64,000 nucleotides of DNA from Nitrospirota bacterium (GCA_963749655.1 CAVVOB010000013.1:160001-224000); one strand, 5' to 3'. Shown: positions 1 to 9,964, numbered from the stretch's first letter. A program made the numbers and translations. The notes: generated by a model not told the origin, from the letters alone.

Positions 1-11
1 TCCCTCATGAG

Positions 12-305
12 ATGCACGATACGATCCGTCACGGGCTTGTGACCGCCCTGACAGAGGGGCCGCTTTCTGCAAAGGAGCTGTCCGGAGCGATCGGCATTCC
101 CGAGAAGGAAGTTTATGACCATCTCGAGCACATCCGGAAATCGATCGTATCAACGGGACGCCATCTGGTCGTAACGCCGGCGGAGTGCAGGAAATGCGGG
201 TTCGAATTTTCGAAGCGGGAGCGGCTGAAAAAGCCGAGCAAGTGTCCGGTCTGCAGGGGAGAGTCGATCCACGACCCGCTGTTTGCGATCGAGGAAGATC
301 CTTGA
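12..305 (+). CDS. HTH transcriptional regulator fused to a Zn-ribbon (COG3357-like)
   Basis: N-terminal HTH (LSAKELSGAIGIPEKEVYDHLEHI) followed by CRKC...CPVC. Confidence 0.8.
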   Translation: MHDTIRHGLVTALTEGPLSAKELSGAIGIPEKEVYDHLEHIRKSIVSTGRHLVVTPAECRKCGFEFSKRERLKKPSKCPVCRGESIHDPLFAIEEDP

Positions 306-459
306 ACTAAATAACGGCGGTCGGAACCACGGATGAACACGGTAAAGAACTAGAATCAATACCTTATCCGGGCAAGAGATTTATCCGCGCAGTACTTCCT
401 GTTCAGTCCTCAGGCTCTCTATGCGACCTTGGCGCCTTCACTCTTCGCGGTGAAGGATC

Positions 460-1041
460 TCATTTCTTCCCATGAAACAGCTCGCTCCCCGCGCCGGGAT
501 AGATCTTCCGCTCGGCCTTCGGCGTCGGATTCTTCACCGCAGGCCAACGATCGAATCGGGGCTCCGGTCCTTCCTGCGCTGCCGGGCCCGGCTGCCGGTC
601 GGCCATGAGCGGCTCGCTCCGCACATCCGTTCCTGTCACGTGGTAGCTGAACTCGATGGGGATGCCGTTCGGGTCGTAGGAATAGATCGAATGGATGAAC
701 CCATGGTCTATGACTTCCGAAACCCAGATTCCTGCGGCAGCGATGCGGTCCTTCAACTCCCAGAGGTCGTCATCGGTCTCGACACCGAGCGACACATGGT
801 CGAAAATGAAGGGTCCACTCGTCGGCCTTCCGTGCTCTTTTTCCTCGACAGGCGTGATGCCTGGCCATTCGAAGAACGTGATCATGTCATGCCCGGAAAC
901 CTCGAAAAAGTATTGACGGTAGCCCGGCTTGCCCAGTCCCGCGATGAGCCGGAAACCGAGCAGGTCCCTCCAGAACCGGATGGTTTCTTCCATGTTTCCT
1001 GTTGTCAGCGCAAGATGATTAATTCCGTTGTAGGTCGCCAT
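460..1041 (-). CDS. VOC/glyoxalase family protein
   Basis: GINHLAL, FWRDLLGF, DHVSL and SIYSYDPNGIPIEF motifs. Confidence 0.85.
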   Translation of the reverse strand: MATYNGINHLALTTGNMEETIRFWRDLLGFRLIAGLGKPGYRQYFFEVSGHDMITFFEWPGITPVEEKEHGRPTSGPFIFDHVSLGVETDDDLWELKDRIAAAGIWVSEVIDHGFIHSIYSYDPNGIPIEFSYHVTGTDVRSEPLMADRQPGPAAQEGPEPRFDRWPAVKNPTPKAERKIYPGAGSELFHGKK

Positions 1042-1199
1042 TTCATGCCCCCGCTATTTTGTTCACGTAAGTCTACCTGAGCGGAACGGAATTTTGAAGC
1101 ATTTTTTTAATTTGCATCAGGAGGGATAAACAGGAAAAGACAGAACATTGCAGCCGAACGATGAGCACTTAAGAATGATTTATTTGCTACAATGTAAGC

Positions 1200-1514
1200 A
1201 TGGACAACACCATTTTGCGCGACATCATCGAAGTGGAAAAGGAAATCCAGCAATCCGTTGACAAAGCAAAAGATATGACCCGTGAATGGCTTGCGGCCAG
1301 GAAGCAGGAGATCAATGACAACCGTGCGCGCGAGGAGCAGGAGCTCGCAGCGTCCTTTCAAAAGTCCCGTGAGAACCTCGTCCGGGAAGCGGAAACCAGG
1401 TCCTCCGAGCTGCTGCGCCGTGCAGAGCAGAAAAATGCCCGCATGGCACAAGTGCGAAATGACACATTGGCGGCCATAGTCTCGAAGGAAATCCGCCGGA
1501 TACTGCCGGAATAA
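1200..1514 (+). CDS. A/V-type ATP synthase subunit H (G-like peripheral stalk)
   Basis: Charged coiled-coil 104 aa, first gene of the operon, 3 nt before subunit I. Confidence 0.7.
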   Translation: MDNTILRDIIEVEKEIQQSVDKAKDMTREWLAARKQEINDNRAREEQELAASFQKSRENLVREAETRSSELLRRAEQKNARMAQVRNDTLAAIVSKEIRRILPE

Positions 1515-1517
1515 ACC

Positions 1518-3395
1518 ATGATCGTCCGGATGGCAAAGGTCGAGATCGTCGGGGCGAAAGAGCTGCTCCAGCCCGCGCTTGCGCTGCTTCGCGAGCTCGG
1601 CATCTTCCAGGTCGAACCAGCGATGGTCGGTTTTCTTGCGGAAGGCCAGGAAGACGATGTACGCGCCTTCATGCTCGACGAGAAGACGATCCTCGAGCGT
1701 GTTTTTCTCAATGAACTGCGCATCAAGGTCGCCGATCTCCTGTCGCACCTGCCGAAGCTGCAGTTCAGAAGCAGTTACCTCGACCCCCGTCCCGTCATCG
1801 ATACCGTGGCAACGGCCGTTGAAAAGCACGGCGCAACGGTCAAAGAACAGAACGAACGGAAAGAATCGCTCCAGAAGGAGCGCGGCGAGCTGGAGCGGTA
1901 CGCTCTGTTCCTCGGCGCTCTGGCCCCGCTCGTCGGGAGCGCCAAGGAAACGCCGGACCTCGAATTCATCGGTTTGACCATCCAGGAGCCCGATATGGTG
2001 CCCCGTCTGAAGGACGCGATCTCCCGCATAACGGACTGGAAGTTCGATCTGGCCACCGAACCGGCCCGGGACGGCACGCTGGTGGGGCTTATCACGGTGG
2101 AAAAGGACCGGGCCGACCGGGTGAAAAAGACCTTGAGCGACGAGCAGGTGCCGGAGTTGATATTCCCGCCGTCGTTCACCGGCCTCAGCTTTCAGGAAAA
2201 GATCTCCTCTGTACGGCGCAGAATAGGCGTGGTCAGCCTGCAGATCGAGGGGATCGATGCGTCGCTGGCGCAGTTCACGCTGCGCTGGGGCCCCATCTAC
2301 CGGAGCGTGCGGGAGTGGATCGATGACCGGTTGTCGCTTCTTTCGACGACCGCCGCGGCCTTCGAAACGCGCATGTGCTTCTTCGTGAACGGCTGGATGC
2401 CCGCCGGCGACGTGGCCGGGGTCAGGAAGGCGCTGGTGCAGCAGTTCGGGGGCAGCGTTGTCCTGGAGGAAAAAGAGCTGCGCGAAGAGGACCTTGACCG
2501 GGTCCCGATCATCCTGAAGAACCCGCCCTACTTCAAACCGTTCGAGATATTCACGAGTCTCCTGCCGCTGCCTGCGTACAGCTCCTACGATCCGACGCCG
2601 TTTATCGGCATTTTTTTTCCGGTGTTCTTCGGCATGATACTGGGCGACGCCGGATACGGCCTGCTCCTGCTCGGCCTCTCCTTCTTTCTGGCCCGAAAGT
2701 TCAGGAGCCGGAAAATGGTGCGAAGCGGCGCGAAGATCCTGCTGGTCGCATCGCTCTACTCGACCTTCTTCGGCGTGCTCTTCGGAGAGTTCTTCGGCGA
2801 CCTGCCTGAGCGGTTTTTCCATCTCCAGCCCCTCTGCATCGAGCGGCGCACCGCGGTCGTGCCGATGATCTTTTTCACGCTTGCGGTGGGAACGGCCCAT
2901 GTCCTTCTGGGGCTTCTCTTCGGCGTGATCACGGGCTTCCGGAAGAAGGAACGAAAAGAGGCCCTGTACCGGCTTCTGAGCATCATCATGATCCTTGCCC
3001 TGATCGTCGTCCTGGCCTCGTTCTTCGAGGTCATCCCGTCGCTCCTTGCGCGGCCGGTCATCATTGCAATCCTCTTTATGACCCCGCTTCTGTTCTTTAC
3101 CGGCGGCCTGCTGGCGCCGCTCGAGCTTCTGAAGAGCATCGGCAACATCATCTCCTATGTCCGCATCATGGCCATCGGTCTTACGTCGGTGCTGCTTGCT
3201 TTCGTGGCGAACAATCTCGGCGGACTGACCGGCGACGTAGTGACCGGTGTCGTCGTGGCCGGCCTTATCCATCTGCTCAATATCATTCTCGGCGTGTTCT
3301 CGCCGACGATCCACTCGCTGAGGCTCCATTACGTTGAGTTTTTCAGCAAGTTCATGGAACACGGGGGGAGAAGGTTCGAGCCGCTGCGGCGGTAA
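1518..3395 (+). CDS. atpI: A/V-type ATP synthase subunit I (a)
   Basis: YDPTP, FFGMILGDAGYG, SYVRIMA (essential Arg) and LRLHYVEFFSKF motifs. Confidence 0.95.
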   Translation: MIVRMAKVEIVGAKELLQPALALLRELGIFQVEPAMVGFLAEGQEDDVRAFMLDEKTILERVFLNELRIKVADLLSHLPKLQFRSSYLDPRPVIDTVATAVEKHGATVKEQNERKESLQKERGELERYALFLGALAPLVGSAKETPDLEFIGLTIQEPDMVPRLKDAISRITDWKFDLATEPARDGTLVGLITVEKDRADRVKKTLSDEQVPELIFPPSFTGLSFQEKISSVRRRIGVVSLQIEGIDASLAQFTLRWGPIYRSVREWIDDRLSLLSTTAAAFETRMCFFVNGWMPAGDVAGVRKALVQQFGGSVVLEEKELREEDLDRVPIILKNPPYFKPFEIFTSLLPLPAYSSYDPTPFIGIFFPVFFGMILGDAGYGLLLLGLSFFLARKFRSRKMVRSGAKILLVASLYSTFFGVLFGEFFGDLPERFFHLQPLCIERRTAVVPMIFFTLAVGTAHVLLGLLFGVITGFRKKERKEALYRLLSIIMILALIVVLASFFEVIPSLLARPVIIAILFMTPLLFFTGGLLAPLELLKSIGNIISYVRIMAIGLTSVLLAFVANNLGGLTGDVVTGVVVAGLIHLLNIILGVFSPTIHSLRLHYVEFFSKFMEHGGRRFEPLRR

Positions 3396-3456
3396 AGAAA
3401 CAGAGATAGATTGCGGCACATCATCGCTGGGTTCGGGTCGATGTAGTCGTAATAGT

Positions 3457-3589
3457 CGTCATTCCCGCTTGCCGGGAATCGTAGTGGTTTTTTCACTGAG
3501 GGAAATCCGATTCCGGACAAGCCCCGACTGGTCGGGGCAGGCCGGCGGCGCCCCGCATCAATATTTTTCACAAGGAGCGGGGAATGACG
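3457..3589. repeat. GTCATTCCC...GGGAATGAC palindromic intergenic element
   Basis: Inverted termini CGTCATTCCC/GGGAATGACG; internal palindrome GCCCCGACTGGTCGGGGC; same termini as 5436-5507. Confidence 0.65.
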
Positions 3590-3648
3590 TCAAAATATAA
3601 CAACTACGATCATTTTAAAGATTCTTGCATCAGGTAAAGGAGGCTCCT

Positions 3649-3873
3649 ATGAGCATGGAAAAAGTCCTTATTGCGTTGTGCGCAGCCCTGGCGATCGGCC
3701 TCACGGCCCTTGCCACGGCCTGGGCACAGTCCAAGATCGGGGCGGCCGGCGCCGGCGCCCTGGCCGAGAAACCCGAGCTGACCGGAACGATCGTGATCCT
3801 CGTCGCCATTCCCGAGACCATGGTGATCCTCGGCTTCGTCGTGTCGACGATGATCCTCTTCACGGTAAAGTAG
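3649..3873 (+). CDS. atpK: A/V-type ATP synthase subunit K (c, proteolipid), single hairpin
   Basis: AAGGAGG RBS before ATG 3649; two TM helices with WAQSKIGAAGAGA and IPET. Confidence 0.93.
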   Translation: MSMEKVLIALCAALAIGLTALATAWAQSKIGAAGAGALAEKPELTGTIVILVAIPETMVILGFVVSTMILFTVK

Positions 3874-4467
3874 ATGAGCTCGCGGGAACTGATCGAATCG
3901 CTCCGCTGCGCCGGCGAGGAGAAGATCCGCGCGATCAGGCAGGAGGCGGAACAGGAAACGGAAACTGTGCGAACGGACGCCGCCCGGAAGATCGAGGAGC
4001 TGCGGAAGAAGTATGCCGGCCGGCTTGCCGCCGCAGCGGACGCCGAGACGGGGAAGGCTCTGGCCGACGCGGAAAAACAGCTGCGCAAGCTTCGCCTGTC
4101 CACGGAGCAGGTAATTGCCGAACGCCTGCTCGCCGTCGCCCGGTCCGCGCTGCAGGAGCTGCGGGACGAACACTATCCCGCTGTTTTTGAAAAGCTGGCG
4201 CTGGAGCTGCCTGTTCTCGGCTGGAAGCTTGTGCGGGTGAACCCCCTTGACGTGAAGCTCGCGCGAACCTATTTTCCCGAAGCGGAGATCGTCCCCCTCG
4301 AGACGATTGCGGGAGGGATGGACGCCGCGCTTGCCGACGGGTCGCTCCGGGTCGTCAATACCTTCGAAAAGAGGCTGGAGCGGTCCTGGAGCGAACTGCT
4401 GCCGCTGCTGCTCAGAAACGTTTCAAAGGAGGCCTCCGATGGAGCTGCTGCTCCGGAATCCCGCTGA
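3874..4467 (+). CDS. atpE: A/V-type ATP synthase subunit E
   Basis: Coiled-coil N-terminus, VRVNPLD, GG...VVNTFEKRL; operon position. Confidence 0.85.
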   Translation: MSSRELIESLRCAGEEKIRAIRQEAEQETETVRTDAARKIEELRKKYAGRLAAAADAETGKALADAEKQLRKLRLSTEQVIAERLLAVARSALQELRDEHYPAVFEKLALELPVLGWKLVRVNPLDVKLARTYFPEAEIVPLETIAGGMDAALADGSLRVVNTFEKRLERSWSELLPLLLRNVSKEASDGAAAPESR

Positions 4468-5407
4468 TCCCGGCTATCCTGTCGAGTACCTGCTGTCGAG
4501 GATCAGGGGACGGCGGTCGAAACTGGTGCGGGACTGGAAACCGCTTCTTTACGATGCGGGCCTTTTCGACGCAACGCCGTCGTCGAGAAGCAACGGATTG
4601 CTGAAGGCCGGATCTCCGGAAGGCGTCTGGAGAAATCTGCTGCAGGAATACGGCTGGGTCTATGGTCAGATGAACAGGGAGCTCCGCGAAGTGTTCGGCC
4701 CCTTCTTCCTCCACTCGGAACTCAGGACCATCTTCATCTGTCTTCGCCATCTCGTGGAGAAGAAGGCCGGCGCGGTCGAAGAGCTTCTGAACTGGAGCCT
4801 GCTCTCCGGCGAGATGAAAGACGTGCTCCTGTCGAGCGCTGATGTGCCGGCGGCAGTGAAAGGCGTGGAGCGCCTGTTCCGCTCTCTGTCAAGCCGATTC
4901 GCCGGCCTCTCCGATGTCCTGGAGACGGATGGCCTGCGCGGCGCGGAGCAGCGGCTGACGGAAACCTATCTTGAGGTGACGGTAAGAACGGCACGCCATC
5001 CCATCATGAAGCGTTTCTTTTCCAGAGTCGTCGATGCGCGAAACATCATGAGCCTCTATAAGTATCTTCGTCTCGATCTGAAGACGGCCCCGTCGTTTCT
5101 GCCGGGCGGCAGCATTGCCGAAGCGAGAATGAAGGACCTGGTGGCGAAGGATGATATCCTCGCCGTCATACCGCTGGTCCGCGAGCTCACCGGTATGACG
5201 ATCGAGCGGCCCGATCCCACGGCCGTGGAGCTTGCCCTGTACCGGGGCATGACGAAATGGCTGAAAAAGGAGGGGCGGGAGCCCTTCGGCGCAGGTCCCA
5301 TCCTTGATTATTTGTGGCGCTGCTCCCTGGAGGCGATGAATCTGAGCGTTCTCCATCAGGCGCGGGGAGTCGAGCGGGAGGCCGTGGCAGCGGAGCTGGT
5401 GCAGTGA
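4439..5407 (+). CDS. atpC: A/V-type ATP synthase subunit C (d)
   Basis: AGGAGG RBS, ATG 4439 (MELLLRNP...YLLSRIRGRRS); operon position between E and F. Confidence 0.8.
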   Translation: MELLLRNPADPGYPVEYLLSRIRGRRSKLVRDWKPLLYDAGLFDATPSSRSNGLLKAGSPEGVWRNLLQEYGWVYGQMNRELREVFGPFFLHSELRTIFICLRHLVEKKAGAVEELLNWSLLSGEMKDVLLSSADVPAAVKGVERLFRSLSSRFAGLSDVLETDGLRGAEQRLTETYLEVTVRTARHPIMKRFFSRVVDARNIMSLYKYLRLDLKTAPSFLPGGSIAEARMKDLVAKDDILAVIPLVRELTGMTIERPDPTAVELALYRGMTKWLKKEGREPFGAGPILDYLWRCSLEAMNLSVLHQARGVEREAVAAELVQ

Positions 5408-5435
5408 GTGTCGATCCCGTCCGCCTGCACATTTT

Positions 5436-5507
5436 GTCATTCCGGACCTGATCCGGAATCCAGTCTTCTTCAGGATAGGTTCTGGATTCCTGCTTTCGCA
5501 GGAATGA
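5436..5507. repeat. GTCATTCC...GGAATGAC double-hairpin REP-like element
   Basis: GTCATTCCGGACCTGATCCGGAATCCAG ... CTGGATTCCTGCTTTCGCAGGAATGAC. Confidence 0.75.
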
Positions 5508-5581
5508 CCGATAGAGTGCTTATGGATGTTGTATAGGTTACCATTGCTAACGATGGGTCGCGTTCCAGCGGGAAATGAACT

Positions 5582-5902
5582 GTGAAGAAGATCGCTTTCA
5601 TAACGCCGCCCGATGCAGGATACGGCTTCAACCTGACCGGTGTCCCACAGTACGTGACCGATGCCGGAGAGCTGGAAGCAACTCTCAAAAAGGCCATGGC
5701 GGACCAGAACGCCGGCCTCGTCATCGTCGATGAGAGGCTCATCGGGGCAATGCCTGAGGAACGGCTTCGCGAGCTCGATCACGGCTGGGGAGGGGTCTTC
5801 CTCATCCTGCCCTCGCCGGAGAAGCCGCCCGAGGAAGTCGAAGACTACGCGGCACGGCTCATCCGCCGGGCGATCGGGTATCATGTGAGGTTGAAATTGT
5901 GA
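5582..5902 (+). CDS. atpF: A/V-type ATP synthase subunit F
   Basis: GFNLTGV, GLVIVDE and LIRRAIGY motifs; GTG start. Confidence 0.9.
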   Translation: MKKIAFITPPDAGYGFNLTGVPQYVTDAGELEATLKKAMADQNAGLVIVDERLIGAMPEERLRELDHGWGGVFLILPSPEKPPEEVEDYAARLIRRAIGYHVRLKL

Positions 5903-5930
5903 GGAAACTGAAAAGAGGGAAAGAATTTTG

Positions 5931-6022
5931 CGCGCAAAGCCGCAAAGACGCAAAGAAAGGCGAAGTCCTCGGGTTTAAAACCAGTATTTAAGATTCCCTT
6001 TGCGCCTTTGCGGCTTTGCGCG
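5931..6022. repeat. Inverted tandem-unit element, 8-nt unit CGCAAAG(A/C)
   Basis: CGCGCAAAGCCGCAAAGACGCAAAG / CTTTGCGCCTTTGCGGCTTTGCGCG, 24 of 25 complementary, AT-rich spacer. Confidence 0.85.
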
Positions 6023-6111
6023 AGACGACTTTGCTTCTGCCTCGTTGTCCCGGCTTTTCCGGGTCAGGATGAAGCATTCGTTAGTTTAGGATCGAATCAA
6101 AGGAGTCAACG

Positions 6112-7740
6112 ATGTCCGGAAGGATCCTCGGCATATCAGGTCCCACGGTCAGCTCGGACCTCAAAGGGCTCAAGCTCTATGAGCGGGTCTACGTGGGGCG
6201 CGCCATGCTTACCGGTGAGGTGGTGCGCATCGAGCGGGACAAAACGGTGATCCAGGTCTACGAAGATACGCGCGGACTCGCCGGGGGCGAGCCCGTGAAG
6301 GGCGTGGGCATGCCGCTGACGGTGCGGCTCGGTCCCGGTCTTCTCGGAGGTATGTTCGACGGCCTTCAGCGGCCCCTGGAGCGGCTGCGGGAGGAGATGG
6401 GGCACTTCATCACCGGCGGCAGGGAGATGTACGCCCTGGATTACACGAAGCGGTGGAAGTTCACTCCGCTGCGCAAGGCCGGTGACGAGGTTCGCCCCGG
6501 CGAGATCATCGGATCGGTGCAGGAAGGCCCGTTCGAGCACTTCATCATGGCGAGCCCGACGGCCGGAGGCACGATCGTGCGGATCACCAGCGGCGGCATC
6601 AGCCTCGATGAGCCGCTCGGCGATTACCAGGGCGAGCGGGAGATCCCGGGATGCCACGAATGGCCGGTGCGCATCGCCCGCCCCTTTCGCAGGAAATTCG
6701 CTCCCGCTTCCCCGCTGATCACGGGTCAGCGGAGCATCGACTTTCTCTTCCCCCTTGCGCGGGGCGGGACCGCGATCTTCCCCGGCGGGTTCGGCACGGG
6801 CAAGACCATTCTCGAGCAGTCGATTGCAAAGTTCGCCGACGTGGATATCGTGGTGTACGTCGGGTGCGGCGAGCGGGGCAACGAGATGGCGGACATGATC
6901 GCCGAGTTCGGCGAGCTGAAGGACCCCTGGACCAAGCGGCCCCTGCGGGACCGGACCGTTCTCGTGGTCAATACGTCGAACATGCCCGTGGCTGCGCGCG
7001 AAGCGTCGATCTATACGGCCGTCACCATGGCCGAGTATTACCGGGACATGGGCTACCATGTCCTGTTCCTGGCCGACAGCCTCTCCCGCTGGGCCGAGGC
7101 GCTCCGCGAGATTTCGTCGTCCCTCGAGGAAATGCCGGGAGAGGAAGGGTATCCGACCTATCTCGCTTCGCGGCTGTCCGGGTTCCTGGAGCGTGCCGGC
7201 GTGGTCGAGACCCTGGGTGGAAAGATCGGGTCGCTCAGCATGATCCTTTCGGTCTCGCCGCCGGGCGGGGATTTTACCGAGCCGGTAACGCAGGCCTGCC
7301 TCAGGACCACAGGCGCCTTCCTGATGCTCGACACGTCGCTCGCCCACCGGAGGCACTACCCCGCGATCAACTGGTTCCAGAGCTATTCTCTCTATGCCGA
7401 TGAAGTGGCGGGGCATTACCGCGATAAGGTGTCGCCGGAGTGGAACGATCTCGTTCGGCGGTGCAAGCAGGTCCTGCAGCAGGAGGAGACGCTGCGCGAG
7501 ATTGCCGAGATCGTTGGGGTCGAAGGACTGCAGGACGCCGATCGTCTGCTGATGCGCACGGCCGAAATGATCCGCACAAGCTTCCTGCAGCAGAACGCTT
7601 ACAGCGACGACGCCTTCTCGCCGCCCGACAAGACCATGGCGATCATGAAGCGCATCCTTGATTTCCTCGACGCCGCGACGGCCAGGTTGAAGGCAGGAGC
7701 TTCGCTGGAAGAGGCGATGAAAGTAACCAGTAAGGAGTGA
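6112..7740 (+). CDS. atpA: A/V-type ATP synthase catalytic subunit A
   Basis: Walker A GGFGTGKT, GCGERGNEM, NTSNMPVAAREAS and PGEEGYPTYL motifs. Confidence 0.97.
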   Translation: MSGRILGISGPTVSSDLKGLKLYERVYVGRAMLTGEVVRIERDKTVIQVYEDTRGLAGGEPVKGVGMPLTVRLGPGLLGGMFDGLQRPLERLREEMGHFITGGREMYALDYTKRWKFTPLRKAGDEVRPGEIIGSVQEGPFEHFIMASPTAGGTIVRITSGGISLDEPLGDYQGEREIPGCHEWPVRIARPFRRKFAPASPLITGQRSIDFLFPLARGGTAIFPGGFGTGKTILEQSIAKFADVDIVVYVGCGERGNEMADMIAEFGELKDPWTKRPLRDRTVLVVNTSNMPVAAREASIYTAVTMAEYYRDMGYHVLFLADSLSRWAEALREISSSLEEMPGEEGYPTYLASRLSGFLERAGVVETLGGKIGSLSMILSVSPPGGDFTEPVTQACLRTTGAFLMLDTSLAHRRHYPAINWFQSYSLYADEVAGHYRDKVSPEWNDLVRRCKQVLQQEETLREIAEIVGVEGLQDADRLLMRTAEMIRTSFLQQNAYSDDAFSPPDKTMAIMKRILDFLDAATARLKAGASLEEAMKVTSKE

Positions 7741-7816
7741 GGTGTAAGGAGTAGGAGGTGGGCGGAGATACGAGAAGATTTTTTGTCTCCTTCCTTTTCA
7801 CTCCTGACTATTCACC
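7730..7816. repeat. Inverted tandem-unit element, 7-nt unit AGT(A/G)AGG-like
   Basis: AGTAAGGAGTGAGGTGTAAGGAGTAGGAG then TCACTCCTGACTATTCAC; overlaps the atpA stop. Confidence 0.55.
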
Positions 7817-7825
7817 TGAATCGAT

Positions 7826-9154
7826 ATGCGCCTTTCCGAACACATATACCGCACCATTTCGACCGTGGCAGGCCCCCTGCTCTTTGTCCAGAACGTGCAG
7901 GCGGCGAGGATCGGCGAGGTCGTGACGGTCCACACCCCCGACGGCAGGAATGTGGAGGCGGAGGTGCTCGAGATCGACGGAGACACCGTGATGGTAGAGG
8001 TCTACGGCTCGACCCAGGGGCTGGACATCGAGCGGACCTCCATATCGTTCACCGATGCGATCAAGAAGGTCCCCCTGTCCGCGGACATCGTGGGAAGGAT
8101 CTTCAACGGCTCCTTCGAACCCAAGGACGGGGAGCCCATGTTTATCCCGGAAACCTGGGCGCCGATCACCGGCGCGCCCATGAATCCGTCGGCGCGCGCC
8201 CGGCCGGAAGACTTCATCGAGACCGGGTTCTCCACCATCGACGGGCTGAACACGCTGGTGCGGGGACAGAAGCTGCCGGTGTTCTCCTGTGCAGGCCTGC
8301 CGTCCAAGGAGGTCGTCGCCTCGATCCTCCGGAACTCCCGGCTCGCGGACACCAAAAAGAAGTTCATCGTCGTCTTCGCCGCGCTGGGGCTCACGTTCCA
8401 TGAATACTCCTTCTACCTGAAGGTGCTCGAGGAGATGCGGACGGGGTTCGTGGCCTTCGTGAACATGGCGGACGAGCCGGTCATGGAGCGGCTCCTCGCG
8501 CCGCGTTTCGCACTGACCGTGGCCGAGTTCCTTGCCTTCGAAAAGGGCATGGACATCCTGGTCATAATCACGGACATGACGAACTATTGCGATGCCCTGC
8601 GCGAGATCTCGACGGCGCGGGAGGAACTGCCGGGCAGGCGCGGCTACCCCGGGTACATGTACTCCGACCTTGCCTCGCTCTACGAACGGGCCGGGCGCAT
8701 ATACGGTCAGGAGGGATCGGTTACCATGCTTCCGGTCGTGACCATGCCCGAGGACGACATTACCCATCCGATCCCCGATCTCACAGGATACATAACGGAA
8801 GGGCAGATCGTTCTGACACGGTCGCTCCATCAGAAGGGGATCTTTCCGCCCGTCGACGTCCTCCCGAGCCTGTCGCGGCTCATGCAGAAAGGGATCGGCG
8901 AAGGCCGCACGCGGGCGGACCACCGGCAGGTGGCGAACAACCTGTACAAGTATTACGCAAAAGGACGGGACCTGCGCAGGCTGGAAGCGATCGTGGGGCG
9001 TGACGGCATGACGAAAGGGGACATCCTCATGCTCGATTTCGCCGACGCTTTCGAGAAGGATTTCGTGGGCCAGAGCGGCGCGCGGCGGACGGTCCAGGAG
9101 ACCCTCGATGCGGGATTGGCGTTGATCAGGAAGTTTTCGCTGGAAATGGTTTAA
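7826..9154 (+). CDS. atpB: A/V-type ATP synthase subunit B
   Basis: LVRGQKLPVFS, PGRRGYPGYMYSDL and THPIPDLTGYITEGQI motifs. Confidence 0.97.
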   Translation: MRLSEHIYRTISTVAGPLLFVQNVQAARIGEVVTVHTPDGRNVEAEVLEIDGDTVMVEVYGSTQGLDIERTSISFTDAIKKVPLSADIVGRIFNGSFEPKDGEPMFIPETWAPITGAPMNPSARARPEDFIETGFSTIDGLNTLVRGQKLPVFSCAGLPSKEVVASILRNSRLADTKKKFIVVFAALGLTFHEYSFYLKVLEEMRTGFVAFVNMADEPVMERLLAPRFALTVAEFLAFEKGMDILVIITDMTNYCDALREISTAREELPGRRGYPGYMYSDLASLYERAGRIYGQEGSVTMLPVVTMPEDDITHPIPDLTGYITEGQIVLTRSLHQKGIFPPVDVLPSLSRLMQKGIGEGRTRADHRQVANNLYKYYAKGRDLRRLEAIVGRDGMTKGDILMLDFADAFEKDFVGQSGARRTVQETLDAGLALIRKFSLEMV

Positions 9155-9158
9155 AAGC

Positions 9159-9283
9159 AGTTTTGAGTTTTTAGTTTTGAGTTTTGAGTTTTGAATCGAG
9201 GCAAATATGAACCGTATTTTGTCATCACTTAAACTCTGAGGTTTGAGCTCTAAACTCAGAACTCAAAACTCACAACTCAAAAC
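9159..9283. repeat. Inverted tandem-unit element, 7-nt unit AGTTTTG
   Basis: (AGTTTTG)x5 at 9159-9194; about 4 inverted CAAAACT-like units at 9251-9283. Confidence 0.85.
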
Positions 9284-9294
9284 CGGAGTAATTC

Positions 9295-9927
9295 ATGATC
9301 CATCCGACCCGCACGAACCTGCTTCTGCTCAAGGACAAGTCGCGGTCCGTGGTGAACAGCATCGCCATTCTGAAGGCGAGAAAACAGGCGCTCATCAAGG
9401 AATTTCTCGCCGCTACCCTGCCGTTTCTGCGCTCCCGTGAAGACATCAGAAAATCCTACGGCAAGGCGCTCCGCGAGCTGGCATTGGCACTGGGCCGCGA
9501 GGGCAGGGACGTCGTCGCGTCGATCGCCAAAGCAACGATGCGCGAGTTCGGCATCGATGTGATCGAAAAAAGCATCTGGGGGCTCCGGTACAAAGACATC
9601 GTGTTTCACGACGCGCCGGTGCGGGACGCCGACAAACGCGGCTATGATGAGCGGGGCACCACGCCGCACCTGGAGGAGGGGACCGGGCTGTTCGAGAAAC
9701 TGCTTGAGGCGATGCTGAACATCGCCGCCTACGAGAGCAAGCTCAAGCGTCTCGGTGACGAGATCATGCGCACGTCGAGAAGGATCAAGGTGCTGGAAGA
9801 GATGGTGCTGCCCGGCCTCAAGCTCCAGATCCGAACTATCACGCAGTACATCGGCGAGCGGGAGCGCGAATCGTTCTATCGGCTGAAGAGGGTGAAAGAG
9901 CTGCTGTCGGAAAAGGCCGGGGATTAG
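9295..9927 (+). CDS. atpD: A/V-type ATP synthase subunit D
   Basis: PTRTNLL, RTSRRIKVLE and ERERESFYRLK motifs. Confidence 0.95.
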   Translation: MIHPTRTNLLLLKDKSRSVVNSIAILKARKQALIKEFLAATLPFLRSREDIRKSYGKALRELALALGREGRDVVASIAKATMREFGIDVIEKSIWGLRYKDIVFHDAPVRDADKRGYDERGTTPHLEEGTGLFEKLLEAMLNIAAYESKLKRLGDEIMRTSRRIKVLEEMVLPGLKLQIRTITQYIGERERESFYRLKRVKELLSEKAGD

Positions 9928-9964
9928 TTTGTGTGTCAAGGACTTCAATAAGCAAGAATTTTTT

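Noticed and set aside
1107-3419. 770-aa minus-strand ORF, and similar long antisense ORFs at 6136-7416, 33045-34676 and 48211-49851
   Set aside because: Shadows of well-supported genes on the opposite strand in GC-rich DNA, with no recognisable motifs.
3649-3873. Calling the ATP synthase Na+-specific from the Q...ET residues in subunit K
   Set aside because: The Tyr ligand is absent (ETMVIL) and the same Q/PET pattern occurs in the H+-coupled Thermus enzyme, so ion specificity cannot be read from sequence.
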